Shown: positions 1-8,928, numbered from the stretch's first letter. The stretch is 29,286 bases of DNA from Burkholderiaceae bacterium (GCA_035540315.1 DATLGW010000287.1:1-29286), one strand, 5' to 3'. Notes: generated from the letters alone by a model not told the origin. Numbers and translations: made by a program.

Positions 1-666
1 GGCGAACACGAACGCCGCCAGCCGCAGCAGATACACGTTCAGGCCGATCAGCGCCGCACGCGTGTCGTTCTCCCGGATCGCCACCAGCGCGCGTCCGAAC
101 GGGCTGCCGACGACGCGGTACTTCAGGTAGAAGCATGCGGCAACGCAGACCAGGATGAAGAAGTACTGGATCGTCGGATCGGTCAGCCCGTATTCTTCGT
201 CGCCCCAGGTCAGCATCGGCGGCAGCGAGAACGTGGTGCCGTCGTCGCCGCCGGTCAGCGGCTTCATCGTCATCGCGAGGAAATAGAAGATCAGCGAGAA
301 AACGACGGTGATGATCGCGAAGTAATGCCAGGTCAGCCGTACCGCGAACACGCCCGCGATCGCCGCCATCGCGATCGCCAGCACGATGCCGAAGCCGAAC
401 GCCGGCCAGAACGACAGCCCCAGCTTGGCAATGCCGATCGCGACCCCGTACATCCCCATGCCGAAATACAGCGCCTGCCCGAACGACAGCAGGCCGACGT
501 AGCCGAACAGCAGGTTCACGCTCGCGGCCAACAGCGACCAGATCAGGATCTCGCTGATGATCACGACCCAGAACTGATCGGCAACGATCGGAACGACCCA
601 CGGGACGGTCGCCAGGAACGCGGCGAACAGCGCCAGCAGCGCGAGCTCGAGCCGCGTCCACTTCAC
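1..666 (-). CDS. livM: Branched-chain amino acid ABC transporter permease, LivM-type (runs off the left edge)
   Basis: Manual translation from GTG at 666 (GTGA overlap with the livH stop): MKWTRLELALL...NLLFGYVGLLSFGQALYFG...LTGGDDG...SPFGRALVAIREND. These are typical LivM motifs. Not in the ORF track because it is truncated. Confidence 0.9.
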   Translation of the reverse strand, partial: MKWTRLELALLALFAAFLATVPWVVPIVADQFWVVIISEILIWSLLAASVNLLFGYVGLLSFGQALYFGMGMYGVAIGIAKLGLSFWPAFGFGIVLAIAMAAIAGVFAVRLTWHYFAIITVVFSLIFYFLAMTMKPLTGGDDGTTFSLPPMLTWGDEEYGLTDPTIQYFFILVCVAACFYLKYRVVGSPFGRALVAIRENDTRAALIGLNVYLLRLAAFVFA

Positions 667-1523
667 CGCGTCGCCCCCTTGAACAGGCCCTGCGGCCGAA
701 ACAGCAGCACCGCGCTCATCAGCACCAGCGACGTGATCCGCGCCACCGTCGGATCGGCGAAGCTTGCGATCACGCCCTCCATGAACGCCAGCAGCACCGC
801 GGCTGCCGCCGTCCCAGGCAGGTTGCCGAGCCCGCCGATGATCACCGCCATGAAGCAGGCGGGGAGGATGTCGACGCCGGCGCGGAAATCGACGGTCGTG
901 ATCGGCGCGGCGACCACCCCGCCCAGCACCGCGAGCGACGTGCCGATCGCGAACGTCAACAGGTAGATCCGCTGCGCCGGAATGCCCATCGCGATCGCCG
1001 TGTCCGGGTCGTGGCGCACCGCGCGCATCCAGGTGCCGGTCTTCGTGTACTTCAGGAACGCGAAGAAGGCGGCGAGCGCGACGATCGACACCGCGGCGGC
1101 GAACGGCCGGTACAGCTCGTACTCGATGCCGAACAGCGGGATCGTCCCCTCGATCGGCGACAGGATCCGCCGCGGCGTCGGACCGAACGTCGCCCGCACG
1201 CTCTCCTGCAGGATCAGCGACAGCCCGAAGGTCGCGACGATCGACAGCGCGGCGGCATTGCGGATCGGCCGGATCACCGTGCGCTCCATCAGGATCCCGA
1301 GCACGAACCCGATCAGCGGCACGACCAGGAATCCGATCCAGTAGTTGCCGGTGTAATACAGCGTGAACCACGCGAGCACGGTGCCGACCATGAAGAAGTC
1401 GCCGTGCGCGATGTTGATGATGTCGAGCAGGCCGAAGATGATCGACAGGCCCAGCGCGATCAGCGCGATGATCAGCCCCCAGACCAGGCCGTTGATCGCG
1501 AGCGGCAGCAGAACGTCAGGCAT
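663..1523 (-). CDS. livH: Branched-chain amino acid ABC transporter permease, LivH-type
   Basis: ALGLSIIFGLLDIINIAHGDF, GTWMRAV and IIGGLGNLPG motifs; hydrophobic; AGGAG RBS at 1535-1539 (minus strand). Confidence 0.92.
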   Translation of the reverse strand: MPDVLLPLAINGLVWGLIIALIALGLSIIFGLLDIINIAHGDFFMVGTVLAWFTLYYTGNYWIGFLVVPLIGFVLGILMERTVIRPIRNAAALSIVATFGLSLILQESVRATFGPTPRRILSPIEGTIPLFGIEYELYRPFAAAVSIVALAAFFAFLKYTKTGTWMRAVRHDPDTAIAMGIPAQRIYLLTFAIGTSLAVLGGVVAAPITTVDFRAGVDILPACFMAVIIGGLGNLPGTAAAAVLLAFMEGVIASFADPTVARITSLVLMSAVLLFRPQGLFKGATR

Positions 1524-1545
1524 CGCGGCGCGGTCTCCTCAATAC

Positions 1546-1610
1546 AGCCGAAAAATCTACTGCAGCGCTCAGGCGTGCGGAAAGCCGAAAATCTGCAACG
1601 GCGCTTGCAG
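1546..1610. promoter_or_regulatory. Putative operator/promoter region of the liv operon
   Basis: Direct repeat AGCCGAAAA(A)TCT at 1546-1558 and 1583-1594; palindrome CTGCAA-cggcgc-TTGCAG at 1593-1610; imperfect dyad TGCGGA-N10-TCTGCA. Confidence 0.45.
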
Positions 1611-1615
1611 GAATC

Positions 1616-2545
1616 CTAGGACGCCCACGGGCCGTTCAGGTAGCTGCGATCGGCCTCCAGCAACTCCTTCAGGTACGACACGACGGCCTTGATCCGCGTC
1701 GCGTACTGCAGATCTTCGTGCACGCTGAGGAAGATGTCGCGATGCACGACGACCTCGCGCTCGAGCACCGGCCGCAGCGCCGGCTCCTTTTCCACCGCGA
1801 ACCGCGGCAGCAGGACCAGGCCCGCTCCGGACGCTGCGGCAGTCATCTGCGCGATCATGCTGTTGGAGCGGAAGAACATCTGCGGCTCGGCGATCACCTC
1901 CTCCAGCCACCGGACCGTGCTCACCTGGATCATGTCCTCCAGATAGCCGGTGAACCGGTGGTTCTTCAGGTCGTCCACGGAAGCCGGCTCGCCGAGCTCG
2001 CGGAAATACGCGTCGGATCCGTAAAGCGACAGCGTGAAGCTGCCGGCGCGCTCGCAGCGCATCCTCGGCCCGGTGACCTCGAAGAAGCTGAGAAACAGAT
2101 CGGCCTCACGGCGGCTGACGTTGACCTGCCGAGCCGAGGTCACCAGCTCCAGCTTCAGCAGCGGATACCGCTTCATCAGCGGCAGCAGCCGGCGCGCCAG
2201 GTACAGCGACCCGATGCCTTCCATCATCGCGATCCGCACCGTGCCCGACGGCTCGTCGGCGCCGCCGGTCAGCGTTTCGCGCAGCCCGATCACGCCGCGC
2301 TCGGCCGTCTCCACGTGAGGCAGGATCGTCGCCGCGAGCTCGGTCGGCTTCAGCCCGGAGCGGTGGCGCTCGAACAGCGCACCGCCCAGGCACATCTCCA
2401 GCTGCGACAGCCGCCGGCTGACGGTCGAGTGATCCAGCTTCAGCGCGCGCGCGGCCTCGGTGAGGCTGCCGACCCGCGCGATCGCCAGAAAGACCCTGAG
2501 GTCATCCCAGTCCAGATCGCCCAAAGCGATCTTCTTCGTCGTCAT
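1616..2545 (-). CDS. LysR-family transcriptional regulator
   Basis: N-terminal HTH DWDDLRVFLAIARVGSLTEAARALKLDHSTVSRRLSQLE followed by a substrate-binding domain; 309 aa; divergent from the nitrilase. Confidence 0.95.
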   Translation of the reverse strand: MTTKKIALGDLDWDDLRVFLAIARVGSLTEAARALKLDHSTVSRRLSQLEMCLGGALFERHRSGLKPTELAATILPHVETAERGVIGLRETLTGGADEPSGTVRIAMMEGIGSLYLARRLLPLMKRYPLLKLELVTSARQVNVSRREADLFLSFFEVTGPRMRCERAGSFTLSLYGSDAYFRELGEPASVDDLKNHRFTGYLEDMIQVSTVRWLEEVIAEPQMFFRSNSMIAQMTAAASGAGLVLLPRFAVEKEPALRPVLEREVVVHRDIFLSVHEDLQYATRIKAVVSYLKELLEADRSYLNGPWAS

Positions 2546-2568
2546 CGGTCATCCGATTCACGCGCCTG

Positions 2569-2584
2569 CGCACACCACCGTGCG
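2569..2584. promoter_or_regulatory. Candidate LysR binding dyad
   Basis: CGCAC-accacc-GTGCG inverted repeat in the LysR/nitrilase divergent intergenic region. Confidence 0.35.
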
Positions 2585-2664
2585 AAATTGTCCGTTGAGG
2601 CCCCGACCGCCGGAACTATAAGCTAGCTGATCGCGCTCAACCACCCGACACGCGAGAAGCAGCC

Positions 2665-3750
2665 ATGAGCTTCCTCCCAAAGGTCAGGACCGCCGCGGTC
2701 CACGCCTCTCCCGTCTTCCTGGACAAGCAGGCCACCGCCGAAAAGGCCGTCGGGCTGATCGCCGAGGCGGCTCGCGCAGGCGCCGAACTGGTGGTGTTCC
2801 CGGAATCGTACATTCCGGCGTTTCCGGTCTGGGCCGCATTGTCGGCCCCGATCTACAACCACGACCTGTTCGCGTCGATGGTCGAGAACAGCCTGATGGT
2901 GCCGGGACCCGAGATCGCGCTGATCGCGGCGGAGGCTCGCCGGCGCCGCGTCTTCGTGTCGATGGGGATCAGCGAACGCAGCCCGATCAGCGTCGGGTGC
3001 ATCTGGAACTCGAACCTGCTGATCGACGACGAGGGCCGCCTGCTGAACCATCACCGCAAGCTGGTGCCCACATTCTTCGAGAAGCTGATCTGGGCACCCG
3101 GCGACGGCGCGGGGCTGGTCGTCTCCGACACCCGTCTGGGCAGGATCGGCGCGCTGATCTGCGGGGAGAACACCAACCCGCTGGCCCGTTACGCGCTGAT
3201 GGCCCAGGGCGAGCAGATCCACATCTCCACCTGGCCCCCGGTGTGGCCGACGCGGAACCCGCAAGCAGGCGGCAATTACGACAACGTCGCCGCCAACCGC
3301 ACGCGCGCGGCAGCCCACTCGTTCGAAGCCAAGGCGTTCACGATCATCTGCGCCGGGTACATGGACAAGCGGATGCGCGATTTCCTCGTGGACCGGCAGC
3401 CCGAGGCCGCTGCGATCCTGGACAACACGCCGCGCGCCGCGTCGCTGGTCGTCGATCCGACCGGAGCGCAGGTCGGCAACACGCTGCAGAACGACGAAGG
3501 GATCGTATATGCCGACCTCGACCTGAACGCCTGCATCGAACCCAAGCAGTTCCACGACGTCGTCGGGTATTACAATCGATTCGACGTGTTCGATCTGAAG
3601 GTCACGCGCTCGCGCATTCAGCCTGCGACCCTGATCGACGCCGAGCGGCCGGCAGCGCCCGACCTGATCGATACCGCACGGCACTCAGAGTCGAAGGAAG
3701 CGCGTGCAGCCGCTCCGACCGCGATCGCACCCGAAGCGACCGCTTCGTAA
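2665..3750 (+). CDS. Nitrilase (carbon-nitrogen hydrolase family)
   Basis: Glu-Lys-Cys triad motifs FPES, HRKLVPT and LICGENTNPLARYAL; C-terminal DVVGYYNRFDVF motif typical of nitrilases. Confidence 0.9.
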   Translation: MSFLPKVRTAAVHASPVFLDKQATAEKAVGLIAEAARAGAELVVFPESYIPAFPVWAALSAPIYNHDLFASMVENSLMVPGPEIALIAAEARRRRVFVSMGISERSPISVGCIWNSNLLIDDEGRLLNHHRKLVPTFFEKLIWAPGDGAGLVVSDTRLGRIGALICGENTNPLARYALMAQGEQIHISTWPPVWPTRNPQAGGNYDNVAANRTRAAAHSFEAKAFTIICAGYMDKRMRDFLVDRQPEAAAILDNTPRAASLVVDPTGAQVGNTLQNDEGIVYADLDLNACIEPKQFHDVVGYYNRFDVFDLKVTRSRIQPATLIDAERPAAPDLIDTARHSESKEARAAAPTAIAPEATAS

Positions 3751-3777
3751 GTTCGACTGCAGTACCCGAGTCACCCG

Positions 3778-5154
3778 ATGAGCAGCGAATCACCTGGTCT
3801 GGCGGTGAGCGATGCCGCCCTGTCCCGCAGCTCCTGGACGTCCGACGTCATCGAGCGGTTTCTGCGCGCGCTGAGCCGGGGCAAGCGGCCGGCCGAAAGC
3901 CCGCAGCTGGTCGAGATGGCCGAAGCGCTGCTGTCGATCCGCGGCGAGGCGTCGGGCGTCGCGCTGGCCGCGCAACTGCTCGAGGCCTATGCGTCGGCCG
4001 ACGACACCGCGAAGCTGGCGTTCCTGGCGCAGCTGGTGGAATCCTTCGGTCCCGACACGACGCTGCTGGACCGCAGAATCGAGGCCTACCGCGCCGATCC
4101 TTCGGCGCAGTCGGCAGTGGCGCTGCACGCGGCGGCCGAGCCGCGGCGCCAGGAGCTGATCCGCCGGATGAACCTTGCACCGAACGGCACCGTGCGGCTG
4201 GTGCGGATGCGCGAGGACGTGCTGCGCCACCAGCCCGCGCATCCGGCGCTCGCTGCGGTCGATGCCGACTTCGTGCACCTGTTCTCGTCCTGGTTCAACC
4301 GCGGTTTCCTCCAGCTGCAGCGCATCGACTGGATGACCCCGGCGGAGATCCTCGAACGGATCATCCGCTACGAAGCCGTTCACGCGATCTCCAGCTGGGA
4401 CGATCTGCGACGGCGGCTCGCACCGCCGGACCGCCGGTGCTTCGCGTTCTTTCACCCGGCGCTGCAACACGACCCGCTGATCTTCGTCGAGGTCGCGCTG
4501 ACCGCGGAGATCCCGCAGGCGATCGCGCCGCTGCTCGCCGACGAACGAACACCCCTCGATCCGACTCGGGCAACGACCGCTATCTTCTACTCGATCTCCA
4601 CCTGCCATGCCGGCTTGCGCGGCGTCACGTTCGGCAGCTTCCTGATCAAGCAGGTGGCCGAAGAGCTGTCGCGCGAGTTCCCGTCGATCGAGAACTACGC
4701 GACGCTGTCGCCGATCCCCCGCTTCGTGCGCTGGCTGCGCACGCAATTTGGCGCCGACGGCACGAGCCTGCTCGACCCGGCGGCGCGCGAGCAGCTGCAG
4801 CCGCTGGCGGATCCCGCGTTCGCCGCCGATCGCGAGGTCCTCGAGACGGCGAAACCGGCGCTGACGCGCGCACTGCTCTTTTACCTGTTCGATGCGAAGG
4901 ACGCCAACGGCCGGCCCGTCGACAGCGTCGCCCGCTTCCATCTGGGCAACGGGGCACAGCTCGAATGCATCCATTGGCTGGCGGACGCGTCGGAGAAGGG
5001 GCTGTCGCAGTCGCTCGGGTTCATGGTCAGCTACCGGTACGAGCTGAGCCAGATCGAGCGCAATCACGAGGCATTCGCGAGCCAGGGGGTGATTGCGGCG
5101 GCTGCGCCATTGCGGCGCAGTCTGAAGGCAGCGCAGCGGTTGGCCGCGGGCTGA
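3778..5154 (+). CDS. Malonyl-CoA decarboxylase
   Basis: SSWFNRGFL, IIRYEAVH, FFHPAL..DPLIFVEVALT, AIFYSIS, TLSPIP and VARFHLGNGA motifs of the MCD family. The exact start is uncertain. Confidence 0.93.
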   Translation: MSSESPGLAVSDAALSRSSWTSDVIERFLRALSRGKRPAESPQLVEMAEALLSIRGEASGVALAAQLLEAYASADDTAKLAFLAQLVESFGPDTTLLDRRIEAYRADPSAQSAVALHAAAEPRRQELIRRMNLAPNGTVRLVRMREDVLRHQPAHPALAAVDADFVHLFSSWFNRGFLQLQRIDWMTPAEILERIIRYEAVHAISSWDDLRRRLAPPDRRCFAFFHPALQHDPLIFVEVALTAEIPQAIAPLLADERTPLDPTRATTAIFYSISTCHAGLRGVTFGSFLIKQVAEELSREFPSIENYATLSPIPRFVRWLRTQFGADGTSLLDPAAREQLQPLADPAFAADREVLETAKPALTRALLFYLFDAKDANGRPVDSVARFHLGNGAQLECIHWLADASEKGLSQSLGFMVSYRYELSQIERNHEAFASQGVIAAAAPLRRSLKAAQRLAAG

Positions 5155-5193
5155 GGAGCGCGCGTCGACTTATTTCGTCGCGCCGGCTGCGCG

Positions 5194-5673
5194 TCAGCTC
5201 CCGAGCCGGCCGTCGTAGCGCCAGGCCCGCAGCTTCGACGCCCGGAGCCTGCGCGCGTGCGGATGCCGCGGGTTGATCAGCACATTGGGCTCCTCCGGCA
5301 CGACGACCGACGGCACGACCAGCAGCGCGGTCGCCTCCGACTGCAGCCATGCGTCGCCGAGATCGAGCGAGACCTTGCCTTCCGGGATCGCGTCCCAGCC
5401 GACCGGCAGGTCGCCCTGAGACCGCACCTGTCGCGCAGCCCAGACGCCGTCGGGCACGTCGATGCGCACGAGGAACCGGTTCAGCGGCAGCCCACCGGCG
5501 TTCAGATGGACGACCGTCTCCAGGCAGGCAAGCGCGATCGACGATGCCGCATAGACGACCGGGCGTCCGGGCCGATTCCAGCGACCGCCGGTCGTCTCCG
5601 CGCCCTTGCCGCTCAGATCGTGCGCCTCGTACTCACGGGCGTCGATCGCGATCCGCCACAACGAAACGGTCAC
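5194..5673 (-). CDS. RES-domain toxin (MbcT/ParT-like)
   Basis: LWRI (R), GGRWN, VVYAASSIALACLE (E), LLVVPSVVVPEE (S) and NVLINP.HP motifs; directly downstream of an Xre antitoxin. Confidence 0.92.
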   Translation of the reverse strand: MTVSLWRIAIDAREYEAHDLSGKGAETTGGRWNRPGRPVVYAASSIALACLETVVHLNAGGLPLNRFLVRIDVPDGVWAARQVRSQGDLPVGWDAIPEGKVSLDLGDAWLQSEATALLVVPSVVVPEEPNVLINPRHPHARRLRASKLRAWRYDGRLGS

Positions 5674-5682
5674 GTCGTGAGG

Positions 5683-6207
5683 TCAGGAGTAGGTTCCGCT
5701 GCGGAAACGCGCGACCAGATCCGCTACCAATGCCTGCCCCTCGGCGGTGTCCATCAGCTCGGCCGGCCGGCGCCCTCCCAGCGCCGGCAGCGGCTGCTCG
5801 ATCCATCGCGCGACCCACGCTGCGGCGTCGAAACCCGCCGGGTTCCCGGACTCCTCGACCATCGACTGGACTTGGCCGACCAGCCGCGCCATCCCCACCA
5901 CGCGCGAGCTCTCGTCGGCCGACAGCGGCTTGTTCTCGCGCGCCTTGCGATCGATCGTCGCGCGCGCGAGGCCCAGCGTGCCGGCGAGTTTTTCCTTGGG
6001 CAGCGACATGCGCTTCGCGAGGATCTCGACGACGTTCGCCGGAACCCCTTGCTTGATCAGCGATACCCGCTCCATCGGCTCGGCGCGGTACAGGCGGACG
6101 AAGTCGGTGACGGCGGCGGAGGAAGCCCGTGCAGCCGATAGCTTGGCGGCCTCACCCGCAGCGGGCCTGCGGCGTGCAGCGGCAGAAGCGATGGTGGATT
6201 TTGGCAT
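5683..6207 (-). CDS. Xre/MbcA/ParS-family antitoxin
   Basis: N-terminal HTH-like region (GLARATIDRK...LSADESSR) and C-terminal W...PLPALGGRRPAELMDTAEGQALV motif. Confidence 0.92.
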   Translation of the reverse strand: MPKSTIASAAARRRPAAGEAAKLSAARASSAAVTDFVRLYRAEPMERVSLIKQGVPANVVEILAKRMSLPKEKLAGTLGLARATIDRKARENKPLSADESSRVVGMARLVGQVQSMVEESGNPAGFDAAAWVARWIEQPLPALGGRRPAELMDTAEGQALVADLVARFRSGTYS

Positions 6208-6217
6208 GAGCGATTCT

Positions 6218-6246
6218 TTGAGCGTTCATTTTAGCTCAAATGAGCG
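6218..6246. promoter_or_regulatory. Putative autoregulatory operator of the Xre-RES operon
   Basis: Interleaved inverted repeats TTGAGC-N10-GCTCAA (6218-6239) and TCATTT-N6-AAATGA (6226-6243); TGAGCG occurs at 6207, 6219 and 6241. Confidence 0.55.
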
Positions 6247-6412
6247 TCCGCGACGGATCATAAATCGGGGCGGCCCAGAGGATGAAGTCCGTCCGGTGCA
6301 GCCCCCACTCGGCGTGTCTCGGACGACTGCCGAGAAAGCGGCGCTTTTCCGTCGATCTTCATCGCGCAAGGATGCGACCCTGCTGCATGCCAAAGTCCGC
6401 TGGAGTCTGCAA

Positions 6413-6628
6413 ATGGTCGCGTTCTCGTCGCCCGCTGATGTCGATGCCTACTACGTCCGACACGGAATCATGCGACTGCGCGTCCTGCAGCGCCGGCGCG
6501 ACAAGCTCGATCCGGTGACGGCGGAACTCGTCAGCGACTGGCTCGCGCGTTACGATGGCCCGCCGACTCACCGGGCCAGCCTGCCGGCGCCCCGCACGCA
6601 ACCCGAGCGGCAGCGGCGCACCGCCTGA
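6413..6628 (+). CDS. Hypothetical protein, 71 aa
   Basis: ATG at 6413 preceded by TGGAG (6401-6405); MVAFSSPADVDAYYVRHGIMRLRVLQRRRDKLDPVTAELVSDWLARYD... reads like an amphipathic helical protein. This is the 3' part of track ORF 5747..6628. Confidence 0.55.
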   Translation: MVAFSSPADVDAYYVRHGIMRLRVLQRRRDKLDPVTAELVSDWLARYDGPPTHRASLPAPRTQPERQRRTA

Positions 6629-6769
6629 GCGTTCAGAACGGTCGAGGCCGGCGCGGCTCGCCGATCTCGTATTCGAGCGCCGAGCAGCGCCGTCATCGAA
6701 GTCTTCGCCGAAGCTCGGTCTTTGATTCTATGATGATCGCTCGTTTCGCCGTGACATCAGTCAACTCGG

Positions 6770-7090
6770 ATGAAGAACCTGTTCGTCGGCCTGCCAAGCC
6801 GCTCCGACGCCGAACGCTTCGACTTGCTGCTGTCGGCGCCGAACCTGCGCATCGAGCGGATCGTGTCGACCGGCCAGGCGACACCGGCTGGCGAGTGGTA
6901 CGACCAGGAATGGTCCGAATGGGTTGTGGTCCTGTCGGGCGCCGCCGGGTTGCGGATCGAAGGCGATGCCGAGGTCCACGTGCTCGGTCCCGGCGACCAT
7001 GTCCATCTGCCGGCGCACCGGCGACACCGCGTCGAATGGACTTCAGCCGCGGAACCCACGGTGTGGCTTGCGGTGCATCATCGGGAGTAG
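6770..7090 (+). CDS. Cupin-domain protein
   Basis: RIERIVSTGQATPAGEWYDQ..EWVVVLSGAA.L and LGPGDHVHLPAHRRHRVEWT cupin motifs. Confidence 0.88.
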   Translation: MKNLFVGLPSRSDAERFDLLLSAPNLRIERIVSTGQATPAGEWYDQEWSEWVVVLSGAAGLRIEGDAEVHVLGPGDHVHLPAHRRHRVEWTSAAEPTVWLAVHHRE

Positions 7091-7188
7091 CTCCTGCGCG
7101 TGGACTCGGTGCGCACCGTCATTCGCGGCGGTCCATCTGACGCGCGCGGCTCTGCCGATCTCCTTTTCACCCGCGCCCCAGCAATCAG

Positions 7189-7365
7189 AACCACGTTCCG
7201 GCTGCCGGCACGCTCGTGCAAGTCGTCGACGTTCTGCGTCACCACCACGAGTCCGGCCTTGAGCCGCTCCAGGTCGGCCAGCGCCCGGTGGCCGGCATTA
7301 GGCTGCGCCTGCTCCACCATCGCGATGCGCCACTGGTACCAGCCCCACACCAGGTCCTGGTCCGC
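7189..7365 (-). pseudogene. Internal fragment of an NAD-dependent deacylase (sirtuin, CobB-like)
   Basis: ADQDLVWGWYQWR...AQPNAGHRALADLE...VVVTQNVDDLHERAGSRNV is the sirtuin core. The N-terminal GAGxS motif is missing (in-frame TGA at 7395-7393) and the sequence diverges before the catalytic HG. Confidence 0.85.
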
Positions 7366-7529
7366 CGATCGCCGCAGCCGCTCGCTTCGCGTTCATCAGG
7401 TGTTGCTCAGATCATCGCCGGTATGCCACCGGATACCGGAACGTCGTTCGGTGCAACCGATTCTACGGTCCGGCCAGCCGGTGTGTCCGGGATGTCATAC
7501 TGCACCGGACATCGGAATCGGAGACGATC

Positions 7530-8234
7530 ATGCCCACGGAAAAGATTGCGATCGTCACCGCCGGCGGGTCCGGCATGGGTGCGGCCGCCGCGCGCAAATT
7601 GGCGCAGGACGGCTATCGCGTCGCCATCTTGTCCTCCTCGGGCAGAGGCGAAGCGCTGGCTCGCGAGCTAGGGGGCGTCGGCGTTACCGGTTCGAACCTC
7701 GTGGCGGCCGATATCCAGCGGCTGGTTGAACTCACCCTGGAGAAATGGGGGCGGATCGACGCGCTGGTCAATTCCGCCGCGCACGGGCCGCGCGCCCAGA
7801 TCCTTCAGATCAGCGACGAGGACTGGCACAAGGGAATGGAGGTGTATTTCCTCAGCGCCGTCCGGCCGATCCGACTGGTCACGCCCATCATGGAGGCGCA
7901 GCGCAGCGGTGCGATCGTCAACATCTCGACCGCGTGGGTGACGCAGCCTTCCGCGATGTTTCCGACTTCGGCTGCCTTCAGAGCCAGCCTGGGGACGTTC
8001 GTCAAGATCTTCGCGGACGAGTACGCAGGCAAGGGCATCCGCATCAACAACGTGCTGCCGGGCTGGATCGACAGCCTGCCTGCCACCGCCGAGCGCCGCG
8101 ATAGCGTGCCGATGGGGCGCTACGGTACCACCGAAGAGATCGCAGCCACCGTGGCTTTTCTGTTGTCCGAAGGCGCGGGGTACATCACCGGCCAGAACAT
8201 CCGCGTCGATGGTGGGCTGATCCGATCGGTCTGA
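7530..8234 (+). CDS. Short-chain dehydrogenase/reductase (SDR)
   Basis: TAGGSGMG cofactor motif, GRIDALVNSA, IVNIS, GIRINNVLPG and GYITGQNIRVDGG; the YxxxK position reads SAAFR. Confidence 0.92.
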   Translation: MPTEKIAIVTAGGSGMGAAAARKLAQDGYRVAILSSSGRGEALARELGGVGVTGSNLVAADIQRLVELTLEKWGRIDALVNSAAHGPRAQILQISDEDWHKGMEVYFLSAVRPIRLVTPIMEAQRSGAIVNISTAWVTQPSAMFPTSAAFRASLGTFVKIFADEYAGKGIRINNVLPGWIDSLPATAERRDSVPMGRYGTTEEIAATVAFLLSEGAGYITGQNIRVDGGLIRSV

Positions 8235-8352
8235 GCGGCATTTCTTTCTGCGCGCGGCGCCGCTCGACGCTTCGGATGGCACGCAATCATGGCCACGGAC
8301 AAAGTGGCAGTCTTCACGCGGCGCAATCACAGCGGCCCGGTGCAGAAGTCTT

Positions 8353-8928
8353 CTACTGCGGGGACTGTCCTGGGAAGCCCGGACGCTCAGCCGACTTCAG
8401 CGCGACTGCCTGCACTGCGACGCCGATCGTATCCGTGTTGAACCACGCCTCGCCGTCCTGGATCGAGCAGTTCAGCCGCAGGTTGCGAGCCGCCATCCGC
8501 TGCAGCTCGTCGGTCGTCGCAGTCGGCAGCGCCAGCACGGTCAGGTTTTCGAGTCTCGAAAGCGGCACCCGGGACCGTGCCCACCACTGCTCGACCCGGC
8601 TGCCGCCGTAGCCGAGCACGACGACCCGCTCGGCCCGGCCGCACGCGCGCCTGATGAGCTTATCGTCCGGAAGACCGACGTCGATCCATAGCCGGATGGC
8701 CCCCGTCAGGTCCCGGCTCCAAAGATCCGGCTCGTCATGGGTCGAGAGGCCGTTGCCGAAGACGAGCTGCGGGTCGGCATGCAGCGCGAAAGCGACCAGG
8801 CGCACCATCAGCCGCTCCTCGGTCTCGGACGGATGTCGCGCCAAGGTCAGCACGTGCTCGGCGTAGTAGCCGCGGTCCATGTCGGAAACCACGAGCTCCG
8901 CCTTGTAGATCGTCGATCGAAGCGCCAT
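8353..8928 (-). CDS. yaeQ: YaeQ-family protein
   Basis: MALRSTIYKAEL..SDMDRGYY...LARHPSETEERLMVRL...DEPDLW...WIDVGLPD signature. Confidence 0.93.
   Translation of the reverse strand: MALRSTIYKAELVVSDMDRGYYAEHVLTLARHPSETEERLMVRLVAFALHADPQLVFGNGLSTHDEPDLWSRDLTGAIRLWIDVGLPDDKLIRRACGRAERVVVLGYGGSRVEQWWARSRVPLSRLENLTVLALPTATTDELQRMAARNLRLNCSIQDGEAWFNTDTIGVAVQAVALKSAERPGFPGQSPQ

Noticed and set aside
2997-5276. 759-aa plus-strand ORF and 425-aa minus-strand ORF over nitrilase/MCD
   Set aside because: Arg/Ala/Pro-rich alternate-frame and antisense shadows; the true frames carry clear family motifs.
6629-6770. Minus-strand string AKRAIIIESKTELR resembling a PD-(D/E)XK ExK motif
   Set aside because: Too short, and no continuous frame or start; cannot be supported without a search.
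7418-7439. CCGGTAT-N8-ATACCGG inverted repeat upstream of the SDR
   Set aside because: A 7-bp GC-rich arm is within chance expectation; no U-tract and no linked regulator.
7930-7990. SDR lacks YxxxK (reads SAAFR)
   Set aside because: An SxxxR variant occurs in a known subgroup of FabG-like SDRs, so it is not evidence of inactivation or novelty.
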